Shown here: positions 11,769-20,993 of the stretch, in pieces
Layout of the letters: every line of letters starts with the position of its first letter
Position numbering within the stretch: position 1 is the stretch's first letter
Assembly (NCBI RefSeq): GCF_009557235.1
Contig: NZ_CP045650.1
Span: 2,310,001-2,342,000, forward strand
Origin: Acinetobacter wanghuae
Lineage (GTDB): Bacteria; Pseudomonadota; Gammaproteobacteria; Pseudomonadales; Moraxellaceae
Reading direction: 5' to 3'
DNA: 32,000 nt
The notes under the pieces: model-generated
Told to the model about the DNA's origin: nothing
The model's database searches: none
What the model saw: the letters and a program-made list of their open reading frames with translations, nothing else
Translations under genes and position numbers: made by a program

Positions 11769-12755
11769 TTATTTAACCATGTCAGCAATCGCTGCACGTT
11801 CGCCTTCTAACTCTTCAAGCGTAACGTTGATACGTTCACGGCTGAATTCGTCGATCTCAAGACCTTGAACGATTTTGTATTCGCCATTTTCAGTTGTTAC
11901 AGGGAAACCGAACATTACGCCTTCAGGAATACCATAAGAACCGTCAGAAGGAATACCCATAGTTACCCATTCGCCGTTTGTGCCAAGAGCCCAATCGCGC
12001 ATATGGTCGATTGCAGCATTTGCAGCAGATGCAGCTGAAGACAAACCACGTGCTTCGATGATCGCAGCACCACGTTTACCAACAGTTGGAAGGAATGTAT
12101 TTGCATTCCATTCTTGGTCGTTGATCATGTCTTTAACGCTTTCGCCGTTAATTGTTGCAAAACGGTAGTCAGCATACATTGTTGGAGAGTGGTTACCCCA
12201 AACTGTAAGGTTTTTAATGTCTTTAACTGCTTTACCAGTTTTAGCCGCAATTTGAGATGCAGCACGGTTGTGGTCAAGACGTAACATTGCAGTGAAGTTT
12301 TTCGCTGGAAGATCAGGTGCTGATTTCATTGCGATGTAAGCATTTGTATTTGCAGGGTTACCTACAACAAGTACTTTAACGTCACGGCTAGCAACTTCGT
12401 TAAGCGCTTTACCTTGACCGATGAAGATTTCACCGTTTACTTTAAGTAATTCAGCACGTTCCATACCAGGACCACGTGGACGTGAACCAACTAAAAGTGC
12501 GTAGTCAGCATCTTTAAATGCAACTTTAGGATCATCAGTACCGATCATATCCGCTAAAAGTGGGAATGCGCAGTCTTGAAGTTCCATCATTACGCCTTTA
12601 AGCGCTTGTTGAGCTTTCTCAAAAGGAACTTCTAATAATTGAAGAATAACGGGTTGGTCTTTACCCAACATTTCACCGCTAGCGATACGGAATAATAGGC
12701 TGTAACCAATTTGACCAGCAGCGCCAGTAACGGCAACGCGAACAGGTTGCTTCAT
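11769..12755 (-). CDS. mdh: malate dehydrogenase (NAD-dependent, 328-aa long form)
   Basis: The N-terminus [42 protein letters not shown] carries the Rossmann GAAGQIG motif. Catalytic-region blocks VGNPANTNA and LDHNRA are present. Confidence 0.95.
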   Translation of the reverse strand: MKQPVRVAVTGAAGQIGYSLLFRIASGEMLGKDQPVILQLLEVPFEKAQQALKGVMMELQDCAFPLLADMIGTDDPKVAFKDADYALLVGSRPRGPGMERAELLKVNGEIFIGQGKALNEVASRDVKVLVVGNPANTNAYIAMKSAPDLPAKNFTAMLRLDHNRAASQIAAKTGKAVKDIKNLTVWGNHSPTMYADYRFATINGESVKDMINDQEWNANTFLPTVGKRGAAIIEARGLSSAASAANAAIDHMRDWALGTNGEWVTMGIPSDGSYGIPEGVMFGFPVTTENGEYKIVQGLEIDEFSRERINVTLEELEGERAAIADMVK

Positions 12756-12922
12756 GTAATTATCTCCAATTGAGGATAGTCAATGCGATTAAATAATCAG
12801 TGTTTAATCTAATGTTCTTAAACGCCAAAGATTGTACTCCAATCCTGTCCGTCATGCATATAAATCAGGATGTAATTCAACAAAAGTCTCATAGGAAATA
12901 CTTATTAAATTGTAAAAACAAG

Positions 12923-13582
12923 TTAATAAGTCCCTTTAATCAAAACATTTTTAGCGCAAGTGTTGACGACATGTGTTGGACAGGCTTTGTATTTACCATT
13001 GGCGTGATAACAGACTTTAATGGACGTTAATAAATTGCCTTTTGAGGTTTTTTGACAATTAAATATGACGCCATTGGCGGGCATACTTTGATTTATTTTT
13101 ACAAATTTAGCACGTAAAGCATCCAAGGGCATGACGACATTTTCTTGCCCAGTCAGCTCTTCAGGGACTTTTAGACGATCTGCATAATTAATAATATTTC
13201 GGAAGTACTGACTGGCATTCATCGGCACGCACCCACCAATATTCCGCCACAACAATGCACGACTATTTTCATCAGGCATGACCCGTGCAACAACCTTGGC
13301 TTGTAAAGGTTGAAGTTTAGCAGAGCTCTGTGTCGTGCAATCCCCTGATACCGTTTCAGGAAACAAGCCAGATATATTTAAGGAGAAGCCTTCTAGACAC
13401 TTACGTCTTTTGGCTAACTCTGGCGACAAACTACAGACCGCAGGCACAAGCTGCACATCCATAATATAGTGAGGAGATGCAGCGGTGACACTCGGGCTCA
13501 CCACTGTAAATAATACAGCAGCGCAAGCTAAACCTACACGACGATTACGCATTAACACCACGAGTAAATCACTATTCTCCAT
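12923..13582 (-). CDS. secreted RNase I/T2-family-like protein lacking the canonical catalytic residues (alternative start at 13552)
   Basis: Signal-peptide-like N-terminus (RRVGLACAAVLFTVVSPSVTAASP). Collinear with E. coli RNase I landmarks: YIMDVQLVPAVCS (cf YVLALSWQTGFCQ), NISGLFPE (cf TVHGLWPG), LWRNIGGCVPMNASQYF (cf YEYAKHGACFGFDPDAYF), and C-terminal CAKNVLIKGTY (cf CGKTFVIDKAGY). Confidence 0.5.
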   Translation of the reverse strand: MENSDLLVVLMRNRRVGLACAAVLFTVVSPSVTAASPHYIMDVQLVPAVCSLSPELAKRRKCLEGFSLNISGLFPETVSGDCTTQSSAKLQPLQAKVVARVMPDENSRALLWRNIGGCVPMNASQYFRNIINYADRLKVPEELTGQENVVMPLDALRAKFVKINQSMPANGVIFNCQKTSKGNLLTSIKVCYHANGKYKACPTHVVNTCAKNVLIKGTY

Positions 13583-13595
13583 TTTTCAAATTTTT

Positions 13596-15551
13596 TTATT
13601 GTGCATTCCGTAACGGAATTTGTTGCATACGCTTGCCAATCGACTGCGCCCCCTGCCCCAGTAAGATACCGTAATATGTGGCATTCGTCATGACATGTTT
13701 CACATAATCACGCGTTTCGAGCAATGGGATTGTTTCAGTATATTGATCGGCTGCAATCGCTTGATATTCAGGTTGCCAACGGCGCGCACGGTTTGGACCC
13801 GCGTTATAGCCAGCTGTCGCCAATACTGGGCTATTGCTCAATTGATTCTGAATCGTCGATAAATAATAAGTCCCATAACGAATATTGGTATTCATATCGG
13901 TTAAAGCAGCAGGGTTATAACTTTCACCCATTTTCCTTGCCACCAATTTGGCAGTATCTGGCATGATTTGCATCAACCCGCCCGCACCAACATGCGAACG
14001 TGCGCCTGTATTGAAGCGACTTTCTTGGCGCATGAGACCATATGCCCAAGCCGGATCAATACCCGCATTTTGGCTATGACTCACCACATAGTTTTGATGT
14101 GGCATTGGATAACGATAGTTGTAATTATGTTTGTTGGTGGTGCGATCGGCTGCATAAATCGCACGATCATGCCATCCCATATCTAATGCACGCTTTGCTG
14201 CTGCCAAAATTAAATCATCGTCATGTTTTAAATAGGCTTGGCGCACCGCCCAATTCCATTCACGATTAATGTATGCCGCTGGTGCATCAATCTCACGTAA
14301 AGCAAAAGCACGGCGGAAATGAATATCTTGATTCAGACGTTGCATCGCTTGTGCTGAAGGTTGTGCTTGAGAGTTTGAGCCTGAAGTTAACTGCCCTAAA
14401 CGATCACGTGCAAGTAAATTGTGATAATCCCCACCACTCGCCAAGCGTTTATAAATTTCTTCAGCGGCTTTTTTCGATGAACGATCACCGCGCTGTTCAG
14501 AAGCACGCGCTAACCAATACTGCCAACGGTCTTCTTGTTGCTGATTCACATTCATGACATTAATGGCGCGAATTAAACTTTCCCAAGCACTAAAACGGAT
14601 GGCTTGACGTGCATAAATTTCCGCTTCTTCAGGGCTAAATGCCAAACCATAACTGGCATCTAAATAATTCAATACTTCACGATTGAAATTATTTTTCATG
14701 ACTGTCGTGCCACCGACGTAGCCGACGGCTCTAAACAATGCTTTTTGAACATTGTCAGGAGTGCCAGCTGCCGTTTGTTTCACGATAGAAAAGGCAGAAT
14801 TTAAATCGCTATCTGCAAGGCGCCCCATGGCATAAACTAAGTATGCATGATCAACGGTAGTTGCCTTGGGTGCCGTCCATAAATACTGCAATGGATTCGA
14901 CTGAATAGCATTGAGCTGAGCGAGACTTAAGCTTTGACCAATCGTTTGAGCGGTCGCAATGGCTTGACCCGATTGACCTGCACGAAGCTGCGCCCATAAA
15001 CGCTGTTGACGATCTTCCGCGGTTAAAAGCGGACTCGATAACATCATACGACCTAAGCCAGTACATGATTCAGGTTGTGAATCTGTCGTGAGCCAAACCT
15101 CTTTAAATTCGGCATAAACCAATGGATCACCTGATTTGGCACGCACCTGTGCCATCGCACAAGTTTCAGCGCGATCGGCATTACTTACATATTGGAGAAC
15201 TGGCTGTGCAGTCAAAAAGTCTGCTTGTTTTACTTTTTCTTCAACATAATCGGCAGCGAGTTTTTCTGCCATCGCTGAGTTTGGATAGCGCTGCGCAAAA
15301 TTAATAATCAAACTTGCAGGTTGATTGGCTAAGTTCTGATTAAGAATCCAATATTCAGGGTAATAGCCTAGTGCGTCATTTTGCATGGCAACTTTATATT
15401 GTTGTAGTAATTCAGTATTGCCTGAATTGGCTGCGCGCATCGCATCATTAAACTGTTGTTCAAGCGCATATGCAGTCGTGGAGCCGAGATAAGCTACGCT
15501 TAGAGCAATGAGTTGAGCATAATTCTGTTTTTTAAAAATCTGTTTTAACAT
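13596..15551 (-). CDS. slt: soluble lytic murein transglycosylase (Slt70 family)
   Basis: 651 aa with a signal peptide and a long helical superhelical N-domain. The C-terminal SLT domain carries the catalytic block GLMRQESRFNTGARSHVGAGGLMQIMPDTA and AGYNAGPNRA. Confidence 0.9.
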   Translation of the reverse strand: MLKQIFKKQNYAQLIALSVAYLGSTTAYALEQQFNDAMRAANSGNTELLQQYKVAMQNDALGYYPEYWILNQNLANQPASLIINFAQRYPNSAMAEKLAADYVEEKVKQADFLTAQPVLQYVSNADRAETCAMAQVRAKSGDPLVYAEFKEVWLTTDSQPESCTGLGRMMLSSPLLTAEDRQQRLWAQLRAGQSGQAIATAQTIGQSLSLAQLNAIQSNPLQYLWTAPKATTVDHAYLVYAMGRLADSDLNSAFSIVKQTAAGTPDNVQKALFRAVGYVGGTTVMKNNFNREVLNYLDASYGLAFSPEEAEIYARQAIRFSAWESLIRAINVMNVNQQQEDRWQYWLARASEQRGDRSSKKAAEEIYKRLASGGDYHNLLARDRLGQLTSGSNSQAQPSAQAMQRLNQDIHFRRAFALREIDAPAAYINREWNWAVRQAYLKHDDDLILAAAKRALDMGWHDRAIYAADRTTNKHNYNYRYPMPHQNYVVSHSQNAGIDPAWAYGLMRQESRFNTGARSHVGAGGLMQIMPDTAKLVARKMGESYNPAALTDMNTNIRYGTYYLSTIQNQLSNSPVLATAGYNAGPNRARRWQPEYQAIAADQYTETIPLLETRDYVKHVMTNATYYGILLGQGAQSIGKRMQQIPLRNAQ

Positions 15552-15867
15552 CCACGTGCCTTCTATCGTCTCTCGTGCTTCTAGACCGTCATGCGGGCTT
15601 GATCTAGAGTAGTTTAGTTTCTCTGAACAGGCGCTATTGTTCTGTATATGTAACCTTATGATTAAGCAATATTAATTTTCAAACATATTTTGTCCATAAA
15701 TCAATATTTTTAAGCACTTAATTATCTCTACAAGTTTAAGCGACTTTCCTGTTAAAATATGCGACTTTCCCAGATTTCATTTTGTGATTTGAATTTTTAT
15801 TACTCGATTGTTAGTTTTTTCGAGTAATTTCATCACTTTGACTACGCAATACCCCTTAGGAGCGTAC

Positions 15868-17325
15868 ATGACGGTTCAAACCTTCATTCCGAATGTTGCC
15901 CAAGCTGCCTCAGAAAACACTGTCACCCAGCCAGCGCACACCCCAGCCAACGATGCTTCAGTTAAAAAACTGTACATTGAAACGCAAGGGTGTCAGATGA
16001 ATGAGTATGACAGTCGCCGTATGGCAGATCTTTTGGGTGATTCACATGGCTATGTGCTAACCAAAGACCCTAAAGATGCAGATATTCTGCTCATGAATAC
16101 CTGTTCCATTCGTGAAAAAGCACAAGAGAAAGTCTTTTCAGAATTGGGTCGCTGGCGCAAACTGAAAGAAAAAAATCCCGATGTCATTATTGGTGTCGGT
16201 GGATGTGTAGCATCGCAAGAAGGCGACAATATTCAAAAACGCGCGCAATATGTCGACATGATTTTTGGTCCACAAACCTTGCACCGTTTGCCACAAATGC
16301 TCGATCAGCATTTTGAACAAATTGAAAAGCCGAAAAAAGAAAAAATCAAACTGATTGATATTTCATTCCCAGATATTGAGAAATTCGACTTCTTGCCTGA
16401 ACCTCGTGTTGAAGGCTATAAAGCCTTTGTTTCGATCATGGAAGGCTGTTCAAAGTATTGTTCATTTTGTGTTGTCCCTTATACACGCGGTGAAGAAGTC
16501 TCTCGTCCGCTTGATGATGTGCTTGCAGAAATTGCGGGTCTCGCTGAAAAAGGCGTACGTGAAATTTCATTGCTTGGTCAAAACGTGAATGGTTATCGCG
16601 GTGAAACCTTCGATGGCAAAATCTGTACCTTTGCAGATTTGTTGCGTTTAGTCGCAGAAATTCCGGGTATTGGTCGTTTACGTTATACCACTTCACACCC
16701 ACTTGAATTTAACGATGATTTAATTCAATGCTACCGTGATTTACCGCAAATGGTTTCGCATTTACATTTGCCCGTACAAAGCGGTTCAAACGATGTATTA
16801 AAAGCCATGAAACGTAATCATACGATTGATGTCTACATCGAGAAAATTGCCAAATTGCGTAAAGTCCGTCCTGATATGCATTTATCAAGCGACTTCATCA
16901 TTGGTTTCCCCGGTGAAACGGATGAAAACTTCCAAGAAACTTATCAGTTTATTCAAGACCTAGATTTCGATCATTCATATAGCTTTATCTATTCAAAACG
17001 TCCGGGTACACCTGCCGCAGAACTTGAAGACACCATTCCTGAAGATGTGAAAAAGCATCGTTTGAGCTTGGTACAACAATGGGTACGTCAATCCAGCATT
17101 GATAAGACCGATGCCATGCTTGGTACGATTCAACGCGTCCTTATTGAAAAAGTGTCTGATAAAGATCCAAATTTATTGGTCGGTACTGCCGATAACACAC
17201 GTTATGTGACGTTTATTGGCGATGCTGCTTGGGTTGGACGTTTTGCCGAGATCGAAATTACCGAAATTAAAACTTTAAATTTAGTTTACGGTGAGCTCTT
17301 GAATCTGGAACCAGACGTGGCGTAA
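15868..17325 (+). CDS. miaB: tRNA-2-methylthio-N6-dimethylallyladenosine synthase MiaB
   Basis: UPF0004 domain block [15 protein letters not shown]. Radical-SAM CxxxCxxC motif in [18 protein letters not shown]-terminal TRAM domain. The ATG at 15868 is preceded by AGGAG; the TTG at 15808 in the ORF track is unlikely. Confidence 0.95.
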   Translation: MTVQTFIPNVAQAASENTVTQPAHTPANDASVKKLYIETQGCQMNEYDSRRMADLLGDSHGYVLTKDPKDADILLMNTCSIREKAQEKVFSELGRWRKLKEKNPDVIIGVGGCVASQEGDNIQKRAQYVDMIFGPQTLHRLPQMLDQHFEQIEKPKKEKIKLIDISFPDIEKFDFLPEPRVEGYKAFVSIMEGCSKYCSFCVVPYTRGEEVSRPLDDVLAEIAGLAEKGVREISLLGQNVNGYRGETFDGKICTFADLLRLVAEIPGIGRLRYTTSHPLEFNDDLIQCYRDLPQMVSHLHLPVQSGSNDVLKAMKRNHTIDVYIEKIAKLRKVRPDMHLSSDFIIGFPGETDENFQETYQFIQDLDFDHSYSFIYSKRPGTPAAELEDTIPEDVKKHRLSLVQQWVRQSSIDKTDAMLGTIQRVLIEKVSDKDPNLLVGTADNTRYVTFIGDAAWVGRFAEIEITEIKTLNLVYGELLNLEPDVA

Positions 17326-17363
17326 TGTAGGACAAGTAGCGAACACTTCTATAAGGAACTCTC

Positions 17364-18440
17364 TTGACTGCAGCGATTCGACGTACCGTAGCTTTTCCCG
17401 GAATTTCAATGGAGCGTTTACAAAGCATGCTCGGTGCTTATAACGGTCACTTGAAACAAATTGAACAACGTTTAAATGTCACAATTTCCCAACGTGGTGA
17501 TGATTTTACCATTGATGGGGAAATCGATGCAGTGGAGAGAGCCGAGTTACTCTTGCAGCGCTTACACGAAGAGTCTGAACACAGCGCCCAGATTAATGCT
17601 GAAACCTTGCATCTGATGATTCAAGGTAGTCAAACTGATCGTGAGCTGCAAGAAGATCTCTCCGACAACGAGCACACGGGTTTAGAAGATGTCTATCTGC
17701 AAACTCGTAAAGGTCGAATTAAACCACGCGGTGCCAATCAAAAACGTTATGTACAACGAATTTTGCAAAGCGACATTTCATTTGGTATTGGTCCTGCCGG
17801 TACTGGTAAGACTTATTTAGCGGTTGCTGCTGCGGTCGACATGCTGGAACGCAACGAAATTCAGCGAATTTTGTTGGTGCGTCCTGCAGTTGAAGCCGGT
17901 GAAAAACTGGGCTTTTTACCTGGTGATTTAAGCCAAAAAATCGACCCCTATTTACGCCCGTTATATGACGCCTTATATGAAATGATTGGCTTTGAAAAAG
18001 TAGCGAAATTGATTGAACGTCAAGTGATTGAAGTCGCTCCCCTTGCCTATATGCGTGGTCGAACGCTGAATCATTCCTTTGTCATTTTAGATGAAGCGCA
18101 AAATACCACGCCTGAACAAATGAAAATGTTCCTGACCCGTTTAGGTTTTGGTTCGCGTGCCGTCATTACTGGTGATGTGACGCAGGTCGATTTACCGCGT
18201 GGGCAACAATCGGGTCTTGCGCATGCATTACGCGTCATTGAAAAGATCAAAGAAATTCATATTACCCGCTTCCATTCTCGTGATGTGGTGCGTCATCAAT
18301 TGGTACAAAAAATTGTTGAAGCCTACGAAGGATGGGACAGTACCCAACAACGCTTAAGTAACGAGGCACGTGCCGAACGCCAAGCACTTCAAGCGGCACT
18401 CATTGCCGAAAATGATGCTGCTGCCGATGCACAGTCTTAA
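17364..18440 (+). CDS. ybeZ: PhoH-like ATPase YbeZ (TTG start at 17364; ATG at 17409 is an alternative)
   Basis: Walker A GPAGTGKTYLA, block ILDEAQNTTPEQMKMFLTRLGFGS...VITGDVTQVDLP, and the conserved position between miaB and ybeY. Confidence 0.9.
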   Translation: MTAAIRRTVAFPGISMERLQSMLGAYNGHLKQIEQRLNVTISQRGDDFTIDGEIDAVERAELLLQRLHEESEHSAQINAETLHLMIQGSQTDRELQEDLSDNEHTGLEDVYLQTRKGRIKPRGANQKRYVQRILQSDISFGIGPAGTGKTYLAVAAAVDMLERNEIQRILLVRPAVEAGEKLGFLPGDLSQKIDPYLRPLYDALYEMIGFEKVAKLIERQVIEVAPLAYMRGRTLNHSFVILDEAQNTTPEQMKMFLTRLGFGSRAVITGDVTQVDLPRGQQSGLAHALRVIEKIKEIHITRFHSRDVVRHQLVQKIVEAYEGWDSTQQRLSNEARAERQALQAALIAENDAAADAQS

Positions 18441-18461
18441 AGATTAAACTAAGGATTTATT

Positions 18462-18944
18462 TTGAAACTGAATCTTTCTCTACAACAGGACTTTCAAGCC
18501 CCTGAATTGGTCTTGAAACGTGCGCATATCAAAAAAGTTGTAGAAACTGCTTTACGCCATATTGACACTCAAAGCGATTGCGAAATTGGTATTGCTTGTG
18601 TGGACAATGATGAAAGTCACAAGTTGAATTTAGAATATCGCGGTAAAGACAAACCGACCAATGTGTTGTCTTTTCCGAGCGACTTGCCCGATGAAATGGC
18701 AGATATTCTCGATTCATTCCCTATTGGTGATTTAGTCATTTGCATTCCTGTGGTCCTTCGTGAAGCACTTGAGCAACATAAAGCGCCACTCACACATTTC
18801 ACTCATATGCTGGTACATGGCACATTGCATTTAATGGGTTATGACCATGAAACCTCAGATGCTGATGCTGAAGAAATGGAAGCACTCGAAATTGAGATTT
18901 TGAAAAAATTAGGTTTTGATAATCCTTATTTGGAACAAGACTAG
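18462..18944 (+). CDS. ybeY: endoribonuclease YbeY (rRNA maturation factor)
   Basis: Blocks [14 protein letters not shown] and the zinc-binding HxxxHxxGYDH motif ([11 protein letters not shown]). AAGGA lies upstream of the TTG start. Confidence 0.9.
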   Translation: MKLNLSLQQDFQAPELVLKRAHIKKVVETALRHIDTQSDCEIGIACVDNDESHKLNLEYRGKDKPTNVLSFPSDLPDEMADILDSFPIGDLVICIPVVLREALEQHKAPLTHFTHMLVHGTLHLMGYDHETSDADAEEMEALEIEILKKLGFDNPYLEQD

Positions 18945-18956
18945 ATGTTTAAGGTT

Positions 18957-18984
18957 TAAAAGCGAGCTTCGGCTCGCTTTTTTA
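18957..18984 (+). terminator. intrinsic terminator after ybeY
   Basis: AAAA-GCGAGC-TTCG-GCTCGC-TTTTTT. Confidence 0.8.
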
Positions 18985-18996
18985 TGTCTACACATT

Positions 18997-19028
18997 CCCT
19001 CTCCTACTAGGAGAGGGTTAGGGAGAGG
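18997..19028. repeat. REP-like palindromic element (single copy in this window)
   Basis: CCCTCTCC-TACT-AGGAGAGGG followed by TTAGGGAGAGG. This is the CCCTCTCC/GGAGAGGG-type extragenic palindrome common in gammaproteobacterial intergenic regions. It lies between convergent ybeY and the TonB-like gene. Confidence 0.4.
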
Positions 19029-19039
19029 TAAATGTTTAA

Positions 19040-19906
19040 CTAACGCACCTCAAACTCTGCATCAGCCGGATCAAAACGCCATGTTCGAATAATACGAAGC
19101 TCTGAAATATCTGACATTTTCGCATCAAATGCACCAAACGGTGCGGACTTACGTACCGATGCTTTCGCAGCTTCATCCAAAATGCCATGCCCTGATGAAT
19201 CAATCAAACGAATCGCGCGGATGCCGCCATTCTGATTCAAAATCACCATAAGACGAACTTCACCCGCGAGCTTCTGTGCACGTGCTGCATCGGGGTAAAA
19301 ACGGTTGCCGTAAAATTCCACTTTTTGACGGAATTTTTCTAAATAAGCAGCAGATACATCTTGCTTGGCTTGAATTCCATCAACGGTTTTAATTTTTTGC
19401 TGACGGCTAAAATTTTTCTGACGTTGTAAATACTGAGCTTCCAAACTTGCCACCATTGCCGCTTTGGCTTGAAACTGACTATTGAGCTGTTCTTGAATTT
19501 TTTTACGCTTGGCATCTTCGGCTTGTTTTTGCCAACTGAGCGTCGTCATCAGTATTTTTTCTTCAAAGCTGAGCTGTTGCTTTTGTTCGAGCATATCTAA
19601 GCTTTCTTGTTGCGACTCACCTGCTTTTTGCTCAAGCATAGGCGCTGGCATATCGCTCGACATACGATGCGCTTCTCGAAATTCGCCTGACCCTTGCTGA
19701 TTCGTTTGCGCTAAAAAATCAGCATGCTCAGGTTCTTTGTCTGCCTGTCGAAGCGTCACTGCAATTTCTTTGCTCATGGCATCTTGCTCTTGCGGCATGC
19801 CAAATTGTAATGCCAACAGCATGATGTGCAACGCAACTGCAATAATCACTGCCCCAGTAAAAATGGGATCTTTCCACCAAGACTTCATCAAAGGCATGAA
19901 CGTCAT
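19040..19906 (-). CDS. TonB-family protein (N-terminal TM anchor, Q/K/E-rich linker, TonB C-terminal domain)
   Basis: TM anchor at the N-terminus (IFTGAVIIAVALHIMLLAL). The C-terminal region YPDAARAQKLAGEVRLMVILNQNGGIRAIRLIDSSGHGILDEAAKASVRKSAPFGAF fits the TonB_C pattern (G.v.l.f.i...G.v..v.v..SsG...LD.aA..av.k..f). Confidence 0.7.
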   Translation of the reverse strand: MTFMPLMKSWWKDPIFTGAVIIAVALHIMLLALQFGMPQEQDAMSKEIAVTLRQADKEPEHADFLAQTNQQGSGEFREAHRMSSDMPAPMLEQKAGESQQESLDMLEQKQQLSFEEKILMTTLSWQKQAEDAKRKKIQEQLNSQFQAKAAMVASLEAQYLQRQKNFSRQQKIKTVDGIQAKQDVSAAYLEKFRQKVEFYGNRFYPDAARAQKLAGEVRLMVILNQNGGIRAIRLIDSSGHGILDEAAKASVRKSAPFGAFDAKMSDISELRIIRTWRFDPADAEFEVR

Positions 19907-20153
19907 ATGCGATGACTCAGCACATTAAAAGGAATATTTGACCGCATAACTTCGACGCCCCTAAGACAAATATTGATACATTTTTCATTTATTTATAAGA
20001 ATGAGATGTGTATCAAAAAATACACGATGCATAACTAAAACTATAAAAATGGTGCTATTTATTTTGCTAAACTGCAAGCCTGAATACTTGTATTTTTCAG
20101 ATAATTAGACAAGATACATGACAAGCCAACTTCGTCGCTAGGATGCTTTAAGA

Positions 20154-20828
20154 ATGCAGACACTCATTTCCAATATTTCTAAACGAATCCGCCAAGTGTA
20201 TCAAAAGGCAGAAGGGTTTATTGAAGATGAGCGCGAGTTTCCGTTATCGCAAGTTTTTCTGAATGCAACTTTCCAACGCTTTGTCACTGACAATGTGCAA
20301 ATGCTGAAAGATTTACATGCCGATCTACATGAAGATTGGTTAAGACTGTATGCCACGTTGGATTATAACGGTCTCGATATTACGCTTTCTGTTGATCTGA
20401 AATTGGTACAAATGGAACTCAATAAAGATCGACAGTTAATTGTCTTTGAGCAAATTAGCGACACCAAACTGATTGAAGCCAAGTATCCCAATATTTTTTA
20501 TAAACTTGGTGTTAAGTTTGCCCTGTTCTTTTATCAACGTGTATTACACAAAGACCCATTGGGCATGATTTTAGAAAAATTGGGCGTAATTACTGTTATC
20601 GATGATTTGTTGCATTTAGATTTAAACCGTTGGTTAGGCAAAAATAAATCCATCATTGATACGCTTGCCAAAGTTCATGTCACCCATGCCTTATTACGTG
20701 AAGCCGAAATGGTGGTCATGGGCAATGTCAATCTAGCAGCACTGTTTACTAAGTTATCTCAAGAAAAAGAAACAGATTGGGATGATGATTACAATGAAAC
20801 TGAAGTGACGCCGATTAAACAAAAATAA
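20154..20828 (+). CDS. hypothetical protein, 224 aa, soluble, acidic C-terminal tail
   Basis: Intact ORF with an ATG start. No signal peptide, TM segment or motif recognised. Confidence 0.5.
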   Translation: MQTLISNISKRIRQVYQKAEGFIEDEREFPLSQVFLNATFQRFVTDNVQMLKDLHADLHEDWLRLYATLDYNGLDITLSVDLKLVQMELNKDRQLIVFEQISDTKLIEAKYPNIFYKLGVKFALFFYQRVLHKDPLGMILEKLGVITVIDDLLHLDLNRWLGKNKSIIDTLAKVHVTHALLREAEMVVMGNVNLAALFTKLSQEKETDWDDDYNETEVTPIKQK

Positions 20829-20993
20829 TCATAGCGCCTGAAGTACAGCTGTTTATCTATACATTTGGACGCAATCACAACAGGAAATATACATTTCCCA
20901 TGATTTTTTTGCTTTGTTCTTCATGATTTGACCCGATAATCAAGCAGTGAGCTTTTTTGTTTATTAACTCACGTTCACTGCATAGGAAAAGGT

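Noticed and set aside
15808-15867. Upstream TTG start for miaB. Similar 5' extensions occur at 26321-26455 (secreted protein) and 23712-23729 (wrbA).
   Set aside because: The extensions add non-conserved residues ahead of well-placed ATG codons. Those ATG codons restore the expected N-termini: an SD-preceded ATG for miaB, a clean signal peptide for the secreted protein, and the 198-aa WrbA length.
8293-16702. Short antisense or nested ORFs: 8293-8517, 8647-8856, 9139-9330, 10126-10347, 11213-11431, 11980-12168, 12800-13030, 13724-14557 (four ORFs), 14851-15066, 15122-15304, 16138-16320, 16355-16588 and 16436-16702
   Set aside because: Each overlaps a longer ORF that has clear family motifs (pssA, rlmJ, the PHD-like oxygenase, DUF2789-like, mdh, slt, miaB). 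Their translations are low-complexity or motif-free.
19907-20153. Fur box upstream of the TonB-like gene
   Set aside because: The best candidate, around TATTGATACATTTTTCATTTA, matches the GATAATGATAATCATTATC consensus at too few positions when aligned by hand.
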